From assembly GCA_964540835.1 (NCBI GenBank), contig CAZIOA010000001.1, positions 1 through 42,951 on the forward strand: a stretch of DNA of 42,951 nucleotides. The letters are read 5' to 3'. Shown here piece after piece: positions 9,355 through 19,022 of the stretch (position 1 is its first letter; each line of letters opens with the position of its first letter). The notes beneath the pieces are model-generated. The model did not search any database and had not been told where the DNA came from. It was given only the letters and a program-made list of their open reading frames with translations. The stretch comes from an uncultured Candidatus Saccharibacteria bacterium (GTDB lineage: Bacteria > Patescibacteriota > Saccharimonadia > Saccharimonadales > Saccharimonadaceae). The position numbers were made by a program, and so were the translations under genes.

Positions 9355-12300
9355 ATGGATTTTGAGACACGCCTGAACAAGCTGAACGAAGATCAGCGTG
9401 ATGCGGTCGATACTATCGACGGACCGGTGCTGGTGATCGCCGGACCGGGAACCGGCAAAACCGAGCTGCTCAGCATGCGCGTCGCGAACATACTACGGCA
9501 AACCGACACGCTGCCCGAAAACATCCTCTGTCTGACATTTACCGAAAGTGGCGCAGCTAACATGCGCGACCGTCTGACGCGATTTATCGGACAGGCGGCC
9601 CATGACGTCAACATCGGTACGTACCACGCATTCGGCGGTGATCTGATCAAGCGATTTCCGATGTATTTCATGGAGTCACGACTCCAGAGCCCTGTCGATG
9701 ATCTCGGTCAACACCAAATACTCGAAGCCATTATTGACAAGATGAGCTACTCAAACCCGCTCAAACAGACACGCCACCATCTGGGTGACCTGAAAAGTAC
9801 GCTCAGCGAGATCAAGCGTGCGCTGCTATCGAGCGACGACCTCCGCCAGATCGCTACTGAAAATACAACCTTCATCCAGGAAGGTAACCGGGATGTCGCC
9901 GCGATATTCGTTAACTTCACGACTATGCCACGTAAGCTTGAAAAAGCACTGCCTTATTTCGAAAACACGCTTACCGCTATCGAGAAGCACGTCTCTGATA
10001 GTACGCATGAACACATTGTGCCCCTCGCGAACATTGCCCACAAAGAACTTCGTGCCGCGCTAGAAGAAGCGCAGGAAAAAACCACGCCGCTCACGACATG
10101 GAAAAACAAATGGCTCGCAAAAGATGCTGGCAATAAATTTATCCTGGCTGGCGAGCTGGAAAACAGACGAATCAACGCACTGGCCGACGTCCTCGATCAG
10201 TACCAAAAAGCGCTGGAATCGCGTGGACTCTATGACTTTGACGATATGATTATCCGATCCATCCAGGCACTTGAGCGGCATGATGATTTGAAATTCACAC
10301 TACAGGAACAGTACCAGTACTTACTCCTTGATGAGTTCCAGGATACCAACGCCGCGCAACTACGTCTCGTGCAGCTTCTCACGGACAATCCTGTCCACGA
10401 AGGTCGCCCAAATGTCATGGCAGTTGGTGATGACGACCAGGCTATCTATGCCTTTCAGGGCGCCCAGTATTCGAACATGTTGGACTTTCACAGGGCGTAT
10501 CGTGACGTTCATGTCGTCAACCTCAGCCGGAACTACCGTTCGCACGCTGACATCCTGTTAAGCGCGCGCAATGTCGCCGAGCAAATCGCCGAACGTCTGC
10601 ATCATAAGTTTGATGACATGACGAAGACACTCGTCGCATCCAACCCTAATCTGCCCGAAAAAGCCACCATCTCTCGCAACGAATTTCTCAGCGGCATCGC
10701 GCAGTACGATTGGATCGCGCACCAAATCAAGCGGCTTATCGACGACGGGGTAGAGCCGCGCGAAATCGCCGTCCTGGCACCCAAGCATCGACAGCTTGAA
10801 CCACTCGTGCCATATCTCAATGCGCTCGATATACCAGTACGTTACGAAAAACGCGAGAATATCCTGGAAGCGCCAGTCGTCACGCAGCTGCTCGCCATGA
10901 GCCGTCTCGTGCTTGCTATCAAGAGCGGACAGAACGCCCTGGCAAACTCATTGTGGCCTGAGGTACTGAGTTATGATTTTTGGAATATACCGACGCATAT
11001 CATCTGGCAGCTTGCGTGGAAGGTGAGTGATTCCGATGACGACAGCTACAACTGGAACAAAGCAGTACTGGACGAAGACGTCTGTCGCGAGCCAGCGCTG
11101 CTTTTCCTGTCACTCGCCGGGATGAGCGAAGGTGAATCACTGGAGACTATGCTTGACTACCTGATCGGCACATCTCCTGTGGACACGCATGAGGAGTCTC
11201 TACCGTCCATTCGTTCACCGCTCCGCGAACACTACACCGGTCAACAGGCACAAGCAAATAATCCGCAACTATTCTATGAAACACTATCTCATCTGAAGAT
11301 ACTGCGCGAAAAACTGCGTGACTATCAGCAAACGCATGATCGTGCCCTGACGCTCGCGGACCTGATCACGTTCATCGATATGTATCATGCGGCCGAGCAG
11401 CAGATGATCAACACCAGTCCATACAACCAGGACGCCAATGCCGTGCAGATCATGACGGTGTTCAAAGCGAAAGGACTGGAGTACGAGCATGTCTTCCTGC
11501 CAAGCTGCACAGATGAAGTATGGGGCGGCTCATCACGTGGTAATTCCAACAAGCTGACACTGCCGCCAAACCTTGCGCCGATCCGCCACGCTGGCGCGAC
11601 TGACGATGAGCGATTACGCATCTTGTTCGTAGCGCTGACACGCGCCAAATTCGGCCTCTATATGACCAGCTACACGCAGAATTACAATGGCAAAGCGACG
11701 AAGCGACTGAAATACCTGGACGAGCAAGACCAAGGCGACGATACGTTCCGTAGCATGATATTACCATCCGAATCGCAACTGGTACTTGTCGACGATCGCT
11801 CGACTCCGCCTATAGAGAGTCTGGAGCTCGACTGGCGAGTGCGACACTCCGACGGCATCGCCGTCGCGAATCTCCGCGCGCTACTCGAGGATAGGCTACA
11901 GAAATACAAGCTCAGCCCGACGCACCTGAACTCGTTTACCGATGTCATGTACGGCGGACCGGTGAGTTTCTACTACAACACGATACTCCGTTTCCCTCAG
12001 GCTCCGACGCTTGCGAGCCAGTACGGCAACGCCATGCACGAAACCATGGAGTGGATCCAATACCGCGTCGATGAGTCCGGGACGGTACCGACACTCGACC
12101 AGACTGTCGCTGAATTCACCGAGCGGATGAAGGCCAAGAAGCTGCCGGAGCAGCAAGAAACACTGGAGGTCGAAAGGGGAGTGGTAGCGCTATCTGCGTA
12201 TCTGTCACAGCGTTCGCACATATTCAAGCCTGGCGACAAAGCAGAGCACAACTTTGCTCGCGAAGGCGTGGTTATCGATGACGTATATATGAGCGGTAAA

Positions 12301-12693
12301 ATCGACCGCATGGAAATCGACAAAGAGAAGAAAGAAATCGTTGTCGTCGACTATAAGACCGGCAAAGCCTTTGACCGCTGGAAATCCGATGCCAAGCTAC
12401 ATAAGTACCGCCAACAACTCTACTGCTACAAGCTGCTTATCGAGAGCTCACACACGTTCGTAGGCTACAAAGTCGTCGAGGGGCGTCTCGAGTTCCTGGA
12501 GCCAGACGAGACGAACAATATTCACTCATTGTCACTGGCGTTCGACGACGAAGAGCTAGAGAAGAACACACGACTCATGAAACTCGTCTGGCAGCACATC
12601 CATGACCTGTCATTCCCAGACACTTCCGACTATGACGAGTCGCTTACAGGCATCAAACGATTCGAGCAAGATTTGCTCGATGGTAAAATATAA
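9355..12693 (+). CDS. UvrD/PcrA-type SF1 DNA helicase fused to a C-terminal PD-(D/E)xK (RecB/AddB-like) nuclease
   Basis: Walker A GPGTGKT and motif II DEFQDT. C-terminal DRMEI...VVVDYKTGK...YRQQLYCY nuclease signature. 1112 aa. Confidence 0.85.
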   Translation: MDFETRLNKLNEDQRDAVDTIDGPVLVIAGPGTGKTELLSMRVANILRQTDTLPENILCLTFTESGAANMRDRLTRFIGQAAHDVNIGTYHAFGGDLIKRFPMYFMESRLQSPVDDLGQHQILEAIIDKMSYSNPLKQTRHHLGDLKSTLSEIKRALLSSDDLRQIATENTTFIQEGNRDVAAIFVNFTTMPRKLEKALPYFENTLTAIEKHVSDSTHEHIVPLANIAHKELRAALEEAQEKTTPLTTWKNKWLAKDAGNKFILAGELENRRINALADVLDQYQKALESRGLYDFDDMIIRSIQALERHDDLKFTLQEQYQYLLLDEFQDTNAAQLRLVQLLTDNPVHEGRPNVMAVGDDDQAIYAFQGAQYSNMLDFHRAYRDVHVVNLSRNYRSHADILLSARNVAEQIAERLHHKFDDMTKTLVASNPNLPEKATISRNEFLSGIAQYDWIAHQIKRLIDDGVEPREIAVLAPKHRQLEPLVPYLNALDIPVRYEKRENILEAPVVTQLLAMSRLVLAIKSGQNALANSLWPEVLSYDFWNIPTHIIWQLAWKVSDSDDDSYNWNKAVLDEDVCREPALLFLSLAGMSEGESLETMLDYLIGTSPVDTHEESLPSIRSPLREHYTGQQAQANNPQLFYETLSHLKILREKLRDYQQTHDRALTLADLITFIDMYHAAEQQMINTSPYNQDANAVQIMTVFKAKGLEYEHVFLPSCTDEVWGGSSRGNSNKLTLPPNLAPIRHAGATDDERLRILFVALTRAKFGLYMTSYTQNYNGKATKRLKYLDEQDQGDDTFRSMILPSESQLVLVDDRSTPPIESLELDWRVRHSDGIAVANLRALLEDRLQKYKLSPTHLNSFTDVMYGGPVSFYYNTILRFPQAPTLASQYGNAMHETMEWIQYRVDESGTVPTLDQTVAEFTERMKAKKLPEQQETLEVERGVVALSAYLSQRSHIFKPGDKAEHNFAREGVVIDDVYMSGKIDRMEIDKEKKEIVVVDYKTGKAFDRWKSDAKLHKYRQQLYCYKLLIESSHTFVGYKVVEGRLEFLEPDETNNIHSLSLAFDDEELEKNTRLMKLVWQHIHDLSFPDTSDYDESLTGIKRFEQDLLDGKI

Positions 12694-12719
12694 ATCACGG
12701 CACGACCTCTTTGTAGCTG

Positions 12720-12748
12720 TTGACAATTTACGAATACAGATGTATCAT
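12720..12748 (+). promoter_or_regulatory. Sigma70-type promoter driving the non-coding region 12.75-13.2 kb
   Basis: TTGACA (12720-12725), 17-nt spacer, TATCAT (12743-12748). No credible ORF follows. Confidence 0.6.
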
Positions 12749-12864
12749 ATTGTCAGTACAGAGTGTGTGGCGGATATCGTAGGAGTGTCTCGTAGGATAT
12801 CCGCTACACACTTCCTGTCGAACATACTAGTGATGTGCTAGTGATATGGGAGTTGTCGCACACC

Positions 12865-13009
12865 GCGGATGACAATGGCAACCTTGATTTATTCCTAAGC
12901 GGAGACGTGATAATCGCACCGGGAGGGGCTCATCCCGGGAATTGCATCATGACTCTTTACAGGAAAGCATCTTGCTTTCAGGGCGCGGGTTCGATTCCCG
13001 CCATCCGCT
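12865..13009 (+). ncRNA. tRNA-like / tmRNA-TLD-like RNA element, unclassified
   Basis: GCGGG-TTCGATT-CCCGC T-arm (12985-13001) is followed directly by CATCCGC, which is complementary to GCGGATG at 12865-12871. CCTTGA (12882-87) can pair with TCAGGG (12978-83) next to the T-arm. No D-arm or anticodon arm could be drawn, and 145 nt is too long for a tRNA. Confidence 0.4.
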
Positions 13010-13123
13010 CTTTTTGAGCAAGGTACGCTCTTGATTAGTGCACCAAGGACACCAATCAAGAGCATCTGGAGTCGCAGGCTAGAAGACCCTTGAGGTACTG
13101 CTTCGAGGAAGCCTCCTCCACAT

Positions 13124-13199
13124 GGGGGACGCGCTGAGCGCTTACGGGGTCAGCTCAGCGCGTCCCCCGCCCGTCGCATACATGTGACGGGCACTTTTT
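13124..13199 (+). terminator. Tandem hairpins ending in a Rho-independent terminator
   Basis: GGGGGACGCGCTGAGC/GCTCAGCGCGTCCCCC (16-bp stem, 13124-13168), then GCCCGTC-gcatacatgt-GACGGGC followed by ACTTTTTA (13169-13199). Confidence 0.6.
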
Positions 13200-13249
13200 A
13201 TATCTGCATAATATAGCTCTAGTATTTACGTATAATGAGAGAAGGCTTG

Positions 13250-14428
13250 ATGAAGAATTTTTGGGACACGCTACCACGACCATTTTTTGTACTGGCTCCT
13301 ATGGAGGCAGTGACTGATGTTGTGTTTCGTCATGTCGTGGCAGCCGCTGCGCCGCCCGACGTATGGTTTACTGAGTTTACCAACGCGACCGGCTGGGCGC
13401 ATGCAGGCGACAAGGCGATTGGTGAGCGATTGGTGAAAACGGACGACGAGAATCCGATTGTCGCACAGCTATGGGGAAGTGATCCGGCATCAATGAGCAA
13501 GCTTGCCAAACACTGTAAAGAGCTCGGCTACCATGGTATCGATATCAATATGGGATGTCCCGACAAATCAGCCGTCAAGAGCGGCGGAGGAGCGGGTATG
13601 ATCATGAATCCAGAGAATGCGGCTGCCATCATAACGGCAGCGAAAGAGAGCGGACTACCTGTCAGTGTAAAGACTCGTCTGGGTTACAGCAGGGTTGATG
13701 AGTGGCGAGACTGGCTGGCGCATCTGCTGAGACAAGACATCGTGAACCTGACGATACATCTCCGTACCAAAAAAGAGATGAGCAAAGTGCCAGCGCATTT
13801 CGAATTGATACCAGAGATCAAACAACTTCGTGACGAAATAGCGCCACAGACCTTTTTGACGATCAACGGCGATATCATGGACCGCGCGCACGGCATGGAG
13901 CTGGTCGACAAATACGGCGTCGATGGGGTAATGATAGGTCGCGGTATCTTTCACAATCCGTTCGCTTTTGAGAAAGTGCAGCACGAACCGTCCCGTGAAG
14001 AATTGCTTGGTCTACTAAGACTTCATCTGGATTTGCACGACCATCATGACAGTGTATCCCGCATTTCACACCTGGATGAAGCGCAAGGCGCCATTGAAGC
14101 ACGGCACGAACCGTACAAAAGGTACGGTGGAGTGAGTACTAGAGATGACAACGCAGCGATTCGCCAGGAGCCACCAGCGCAGGTAGCTGATGCTGCCTGG
14201 CAGGGTGGCGGTGTGAAAGGCGGGCGAAAGTTTGATCCGCTCAAACGTTTTTTCAAGGTGTATATGCATAGCTTTCCCGGAGCCGCAGAACTGCGAGATC
14301 AACTCATGCATACGAAAGACACTCAGGAAGTTCGCGCGGTTCTTTCTCAATTCTCAAGCATCCCACGACCCACGCGCTTGGATGCAGTACAAGGCGCTGG
14401 TGAAGCACGCAGCGAGTCGTATAGATAA
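13250..14428 (+). CDS. dus: tRNA-dihydrouridine synthase (Dus family) carrying an in-frame repeat-element insertion and a repeat-encoded C-terminus
   Basis: FVLAPMEAVTD and GIDINMGCP Dus motifs; C-terminal helical-domain sequence RKFDPLKRFFKVYMHSFPGAAELRDQL. ATG at 13250 follows GAGAAGG. The ORF-track ATG at 13235 overlaps the TATAAT box. Confidence 0.85.
   Translation: MKNFWDTLPRPFFVLAPMEAVTDVVFRHVVAAAAPPDVWFTEFTNATGWAHAGDKAIGERLVKTDDENPIVAQLWGSDPASMSKLAKHCKELGYHGIDINMGCPDKSAVKSGGGAGMIMNPENAAAIITAAKESGLPVSVKTRLGYSRVDEWRDWLAHLLRQDIVNLTIHLRTKKEMSKVPAHFELIPEIKQLRDEIAPQTFLTINGDIMDRAHGMELVDKYGVDGVMIGRGIFHNPFAFEKVQHEPSREELLGLLRLHLDLHDHHDSVSRISHLDEAQGAIEARHEPYKRYGGVSTRDDNAAIRQEPPAQVADAAWQGGGVKGGRKFDPLKRFFKVYMHSFPGAAELRDQLMHTKDTQEVRAVLSQFSSIPRPTRLDAVQGAGEARSESYR
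14064..14218 (+). repeat. Palindromic repeat element, copy A (inside the dus coding frame)
   Basis: Closing inverted repeat TTTCACACC/GGTGTGAAA. Internal hairpins CCGTAC-aaaag-GTACGG and CAGGTAGC-tgat-GCTGCCTG. Collinear with copies B and C. Confidence 0.85.
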
Positions 14429-14532
14429 TACGACGAGCGAGTACTGGAGCCAAGCAACGCAGTAATGAGCCAAAAGCACTGCAGCGCAGCGGTCTGTGAC
14501 CGCTGGCAGGCAGTGCAGTGCGTGGTCGTGGG
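14362..14532 (+). repeat. Palindromic repeat element, copy B (spans the dus 3' end and stop codon)
   Basis: Closing stem CCCACGACCCACGC/GCGTGGTCGTGGG. Hairpins GTCGTAT-agata-ATACGAC and GCACTG..CAGCGGT-ctgtg-ACCGCTG..CAGTGC. Very similar to copy C. Confidence 0.85.
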
Positions 14533-15492
14533 TTAGATAGGTAGGTTGATAAAGCTAGTCAGGCTACCCAGCAGACCCGACGCATTGCCAGCCATACCGT
14601 TTGCTATGCCGATCTGCGACGTGATTGCGGAGAATGAACCCATCAACCCACTCAAGCCCCCCAGACCGCCGAGCATACCGCTCAGATCGCTGATATTTCC
14701 AAGGTTGCCCAGATTGCCCAAGCTACCAAGACCGCCCAGACCGCCCATCATGCCGCTAAATGTCGCGACGAGCGCCATGACCAGCGTGATCGATGAAGCA
14801 AGTATAGACCCGATGGTAGTCATCATGGTAGAGATATTGTCAAGCTGAGACTGTGCGGAGGTGACGACTCCTTCGCCGTTAAGATTCAAGTCCACGCAAG
14901 TGCTTTTGTCCGTGTTGCCAGACAAGCACTTCCTGATTTTTGCTATTTGGCTCTGTAGCCCTCCGGCAGTTTTCTTGAGCTTGTCAAATACGCCAGACAA
15001 GCTCTCTATCGCTTTGGTTACGGCCGCTTGTACGTCCGTCAGTTGCGTGATCTGGAACTGCGCGTCGATATTCTTGGCAAGCGACTTCAAGTCACCCAGT
15101 GACATGGTGTTCGTGACTTTTTCCTGCATGGCTTTGAGCTGCTCAATGACTTTTTCGATGAACTTTTTGACTTTGTCTTTGAACTCGCTCGGCAATGTGT
15201 CTTTGTTTTTTGTGGTGTCTTTGTCGTTCAGGCCCTTTACCTGAAACGTTGTGCCGTTGCTGCTGATATGGATGTCTATGCTCAGGCTTTTTCTTGTTTT
15301 TTCGAAGTTTTCCAGACGGCGATCAATTTCTTTGAGCACCTTCTGCTTGAGCTCTTTGACTGCCTGCGTTTCGGCAGCGGCTTGTGCGTTTACCGTGGCT
15401 ACTGGCACCGATACAGCCAACAACATACTCATAAATAGCAGTGCGCATGCAGATACGGCCCTTGATGTGAAACGGGGGAGAGTGATATTCAT
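14533..15492 (-). CDS. Secreted coiled-coil protein with Gly/Leu-repeat hydrophobic C-terminus (hypothetical)
   Basis: Signal peptide MNITLPRFTSRAVSACALLFMSMLLAVSVPVATVNAQA, long K/E-rich helical region, and a C-terminal GGLGGLGSLGNLGNLGN...GGLGGLSGLMG tract. Confidence 0.65.
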   Translation of the reverse strand: MNITLPRFTSRAVSACALLFMSMLLAVSVPVATVNAQAAAETQAVKELKQKVLKEIDRRLENFEKTRKSLSIDIHISSNGTTFQVKGLNDKDTTKNKDTLPSEFKDKVKKFIEKVIEQLKAMQEKVTNTMSLGDLKSLAKNIDAQFQITQLTDVQAAVTKAIESLSGVFDKLKKTAGGLQSQIAKIRKCLSGNTDKSTCVDLNLNGEGVVTSAQSQLDNISTMMTTIGSILASSITLVMALVATFSGMMGGLGGLGSLGNLGNLGNISDLSGMLGGLGGLSGLMGSFSAITSQIGIANGMAGNASGLLGSLTSFINLPI

Positions 15493-15493
15493 C

Positions 15494-15793
15494 CTAGTCT
15501 CCTAACTTTACTCTGTTTTTACTATCGTCAAGCGCTGCCTCGGCCGCTTCTTGGGCGTCTTTTGACTGCTCGATGCTCGCCTCGAGCGTCGCGAGATTTT
15601 GCTTCGCTTCGTCAGCCGAAGTGACCGACGCTTCCGAAGTGTTTGCCTGTCCCGTACTGTTCGCGCTACCTTCTTCTGGCGCCGCAGAGCCAAATACGAT
15701 ATAGAGCGCAAGCGCGATGACGATAAATACAGCAGTGACAGTGCCGACGATGAGCCACGCAAATCGTCGAGAAGATTGTTCTGTTTTGTCCAT
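15494..15793 (-). CDS. Small single-pass membrane protein (hypothetical, 99 aa)
   Basis: TM WLIVGTVTAVFIVIALALYIVFG followed by an acidic tail. The stop lies 1 nt from the start of 14533..15492 (same operon). Confidence 0.55.
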   Translation of the reverse strand: MDKTEQSSRRFAWLIVGTVTAVFIVIALALYIVFGSAAPEEGSANSTGQANTSEASVTSADEAKQNLATLEASIEQSKDAQEAAEAALDDSKNRVKLGD

Positions 15794-16035
15794 TTGTATC
15801 CCTTGCTACTGTTTGTTTTTATCTGTTATGCGGCGATTGTAGCATAAGCGTGAACACTTCGCAAGTTTCTAGTTCAGCTATCTCAAAAAAGTAATGGTTG
15901 CAATCAAAAAAAAGTAGGAGTATCGTAAAAACTTGGCAAAAATAAATCAAGGAAATTATGTCGCACCACGAACAGTTGACACAACGCGAAAACAACATCA
16001 ACGAACCGATACAACGAAAAATAGGAGCAACGACG

Positions 16036-17007
16036 ATGCATAGCGCAGAAGTGCCAATAGCAATTTATGAAATATCTGAGTTATCAGCCGAAAGACAGGC
16101 GACATACTCTGAGAGGGATCGTACTCAACGCTGCTTCTGCCTCTGCGGTGATGATAGATGCCTCACAGCGGAATCAACCGATGCGCTTAAGCGCGAGGGT
16201 GCAGCAAGCCCAGACAATGCGCTACGCGTCTTTGGCGGCGCGCAAGGAATAGCGCACATTTTTGCTGTCTCCATAGCGGCTCAATATGGCAGACAAAAAC
16301 TACAGGAAATTACCGACGGTGACTTCGTTGGGTTCATCAAAAATGTGTCAACTCGCTGCGACGAGTTGGGCTTCATCGCATGCAACCATAGCGCAGATAA
16401 AAATGAGGAAGATCGCTGCAATGTCAACCCCAGCAGCAAAAACGGTATTGGCTGCGCACGTTTAGCAAATGCCCAGACAGTAGCAGAATTGAACTATTCT
16501 GAAGACATCATAAAGCTAGGCAAAAATGAAGAGAGAGCGATTTTTACCGCCTCTGACGACTCGTATATAGACACGATAGCGACCGCGAATCAACATATTG
16601 TTTCCGTATTTACCAACGAAGGTCAAAAAACATTTAACGCTGGTCGTAGTGAACTGATAGCCGCAGGCTCTCCTGTCGGACTCGTTACCGGCGCGCACGC
16701 TCCAGCAGACGAGACAGTCGTTGCACTGAACTTTCACCCCAACAAGGTGAGTAATCCACGCATGGCATATGAACGAAACTTGGCGTTTTATGATATCGAC
16801 GTGACACAGGTTGCGGAATTGGTCATGAAGCTACAGCCAGAACTGAACCTACAGCCACGCATTATCTTTGAAGCTATACTACAAGACGTACGCGCTACTC
16901 GAAAAGCACTCGCAGCATCGGAAAACAAGTCACCAGAAGATCTGAAGATTGAGATATACGGTCGCGCAGAAGACGGACTAGCATACCTCAACTCAATCAC
17001 TAATTAG
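16036..17007 (+). CDS. Hypothetical Cys-containing protein (323 aa)
   Basis: ATG at 16036 lies 8 nt after AGGAG (ORF track start 15958). No motif recognised. Confidence 0.5.
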   Translation: MHSAEVPIAIYEISELSAERQATYSERDRTQRCFCLCGDDRCLTAESTDALKREGAASPDNALRVFGGAQGIAHIFAVSIAAQYGRQKLQEITDGDFVGFIKNVSTRCDELGFIACNHSADKNEEDRCNVNPSSKNGIGCARLANAQTVAELNYSEDIIKLGKNEERAIFTASDDSYIDTIATANQHIVSVFTNEGQKTFNAGRSELIAAGSPVGLVTGAHAPADETVVALNFHPNKVSNPRMAYERNLAFYDIDVTQVAELVMKLQPELNLQPRIIFEAILQDVRATRKALAASENKSPEDLKIEIYGRAEDGLAYLNSITN

Positions 17008-17065
17008 TCACTGTATGGCTTGATAGCGCTAGGTCTTGCGCAAAATAACATTTGTTGAGCTGAGC

Positions 17066-17490
17066 CTACAGTCGACGACGACGACGCTGCAAATCAGCGA
17101 CCTTCAAGCGTACCGCATGACGATCAACGAGCTGGCTGGCTTTTTCGAGCTCTACCTGATCCTTGGCGCTTTCGCGCATTTTCATGGCGCGGTCGAGCGC
17201 AGCTTTGGTTTCTGCCTCTATGATATCCTCGCCGCTGTCAGCCTCGTCGACAAGTACCTTCAGGCTGTCCTGAGATACTTCGATCACGCCGCCGGTAATG
17301 GCGTAGTAGTGCAGGTGCTCATTGCTGTCGATCTTGTTTCTGCGCACAGCAATCGCGCCCGGCACGGCGATGCTGATCAGCGGTTCGTGACCGGGAAACA
17401 CCGCAATTTCACCATCTGCCGTCGGCAAAATTACTTCATAGACATCTTCGTCTACTTTAGTCCCGAGCAATGTGACTAACTGAAACTTCA

Positions 17491-17491
<1 letters not shown>
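17066..17491 (-). CDS. atpC: F1 ATP synthase epsilon subunit
   Basis: MKFQLVTLLG...GEIAVFPGHEPLIS is typical of epsilon. The GTG start overlaps the atpD stop by 1 nt. Confidence 0.9.
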
Positions 17492-18972
<1,481 letters not shown>

Positions 18973-19022
18973 TTATGTGCTCTAGTCCTTCTTGCTCAGC
19001 GTTTCGGTCGCTAAAGTCTCGC

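Noticed and set aside
8480-12693. Patatin-like phospholipase followed by a helicase-nuclease as an anti-phage defence pair (CBASS-effector-like, Gabija- or Nhi-like)
   Set aside because: No cyclase, ATPase/TOPRIM or other partner gene is present. The helicase-nuclease looks like a housekeeping UvrD/AddA-type repair enzyme, and the two genes are simply adjacent. The evidence is insufficient.
12865-13009. Calling the T-arm-containing element the tmRNA gene (ssrA), given that smpB is in the window
   Set aside because: The acceptor has G3-C70 rather than the G3.U70 needed for alanylation. Only about 90 nt lie between the P2-like strands. No plausible tag ORF ending in hydrophobic or Ala residues is present; the candidate GCA ACC TTG ATT TAT TCC TAA starts only 12 nt from the 5' strand. 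It is kept as an unclassified tRNA-like RNA instead.
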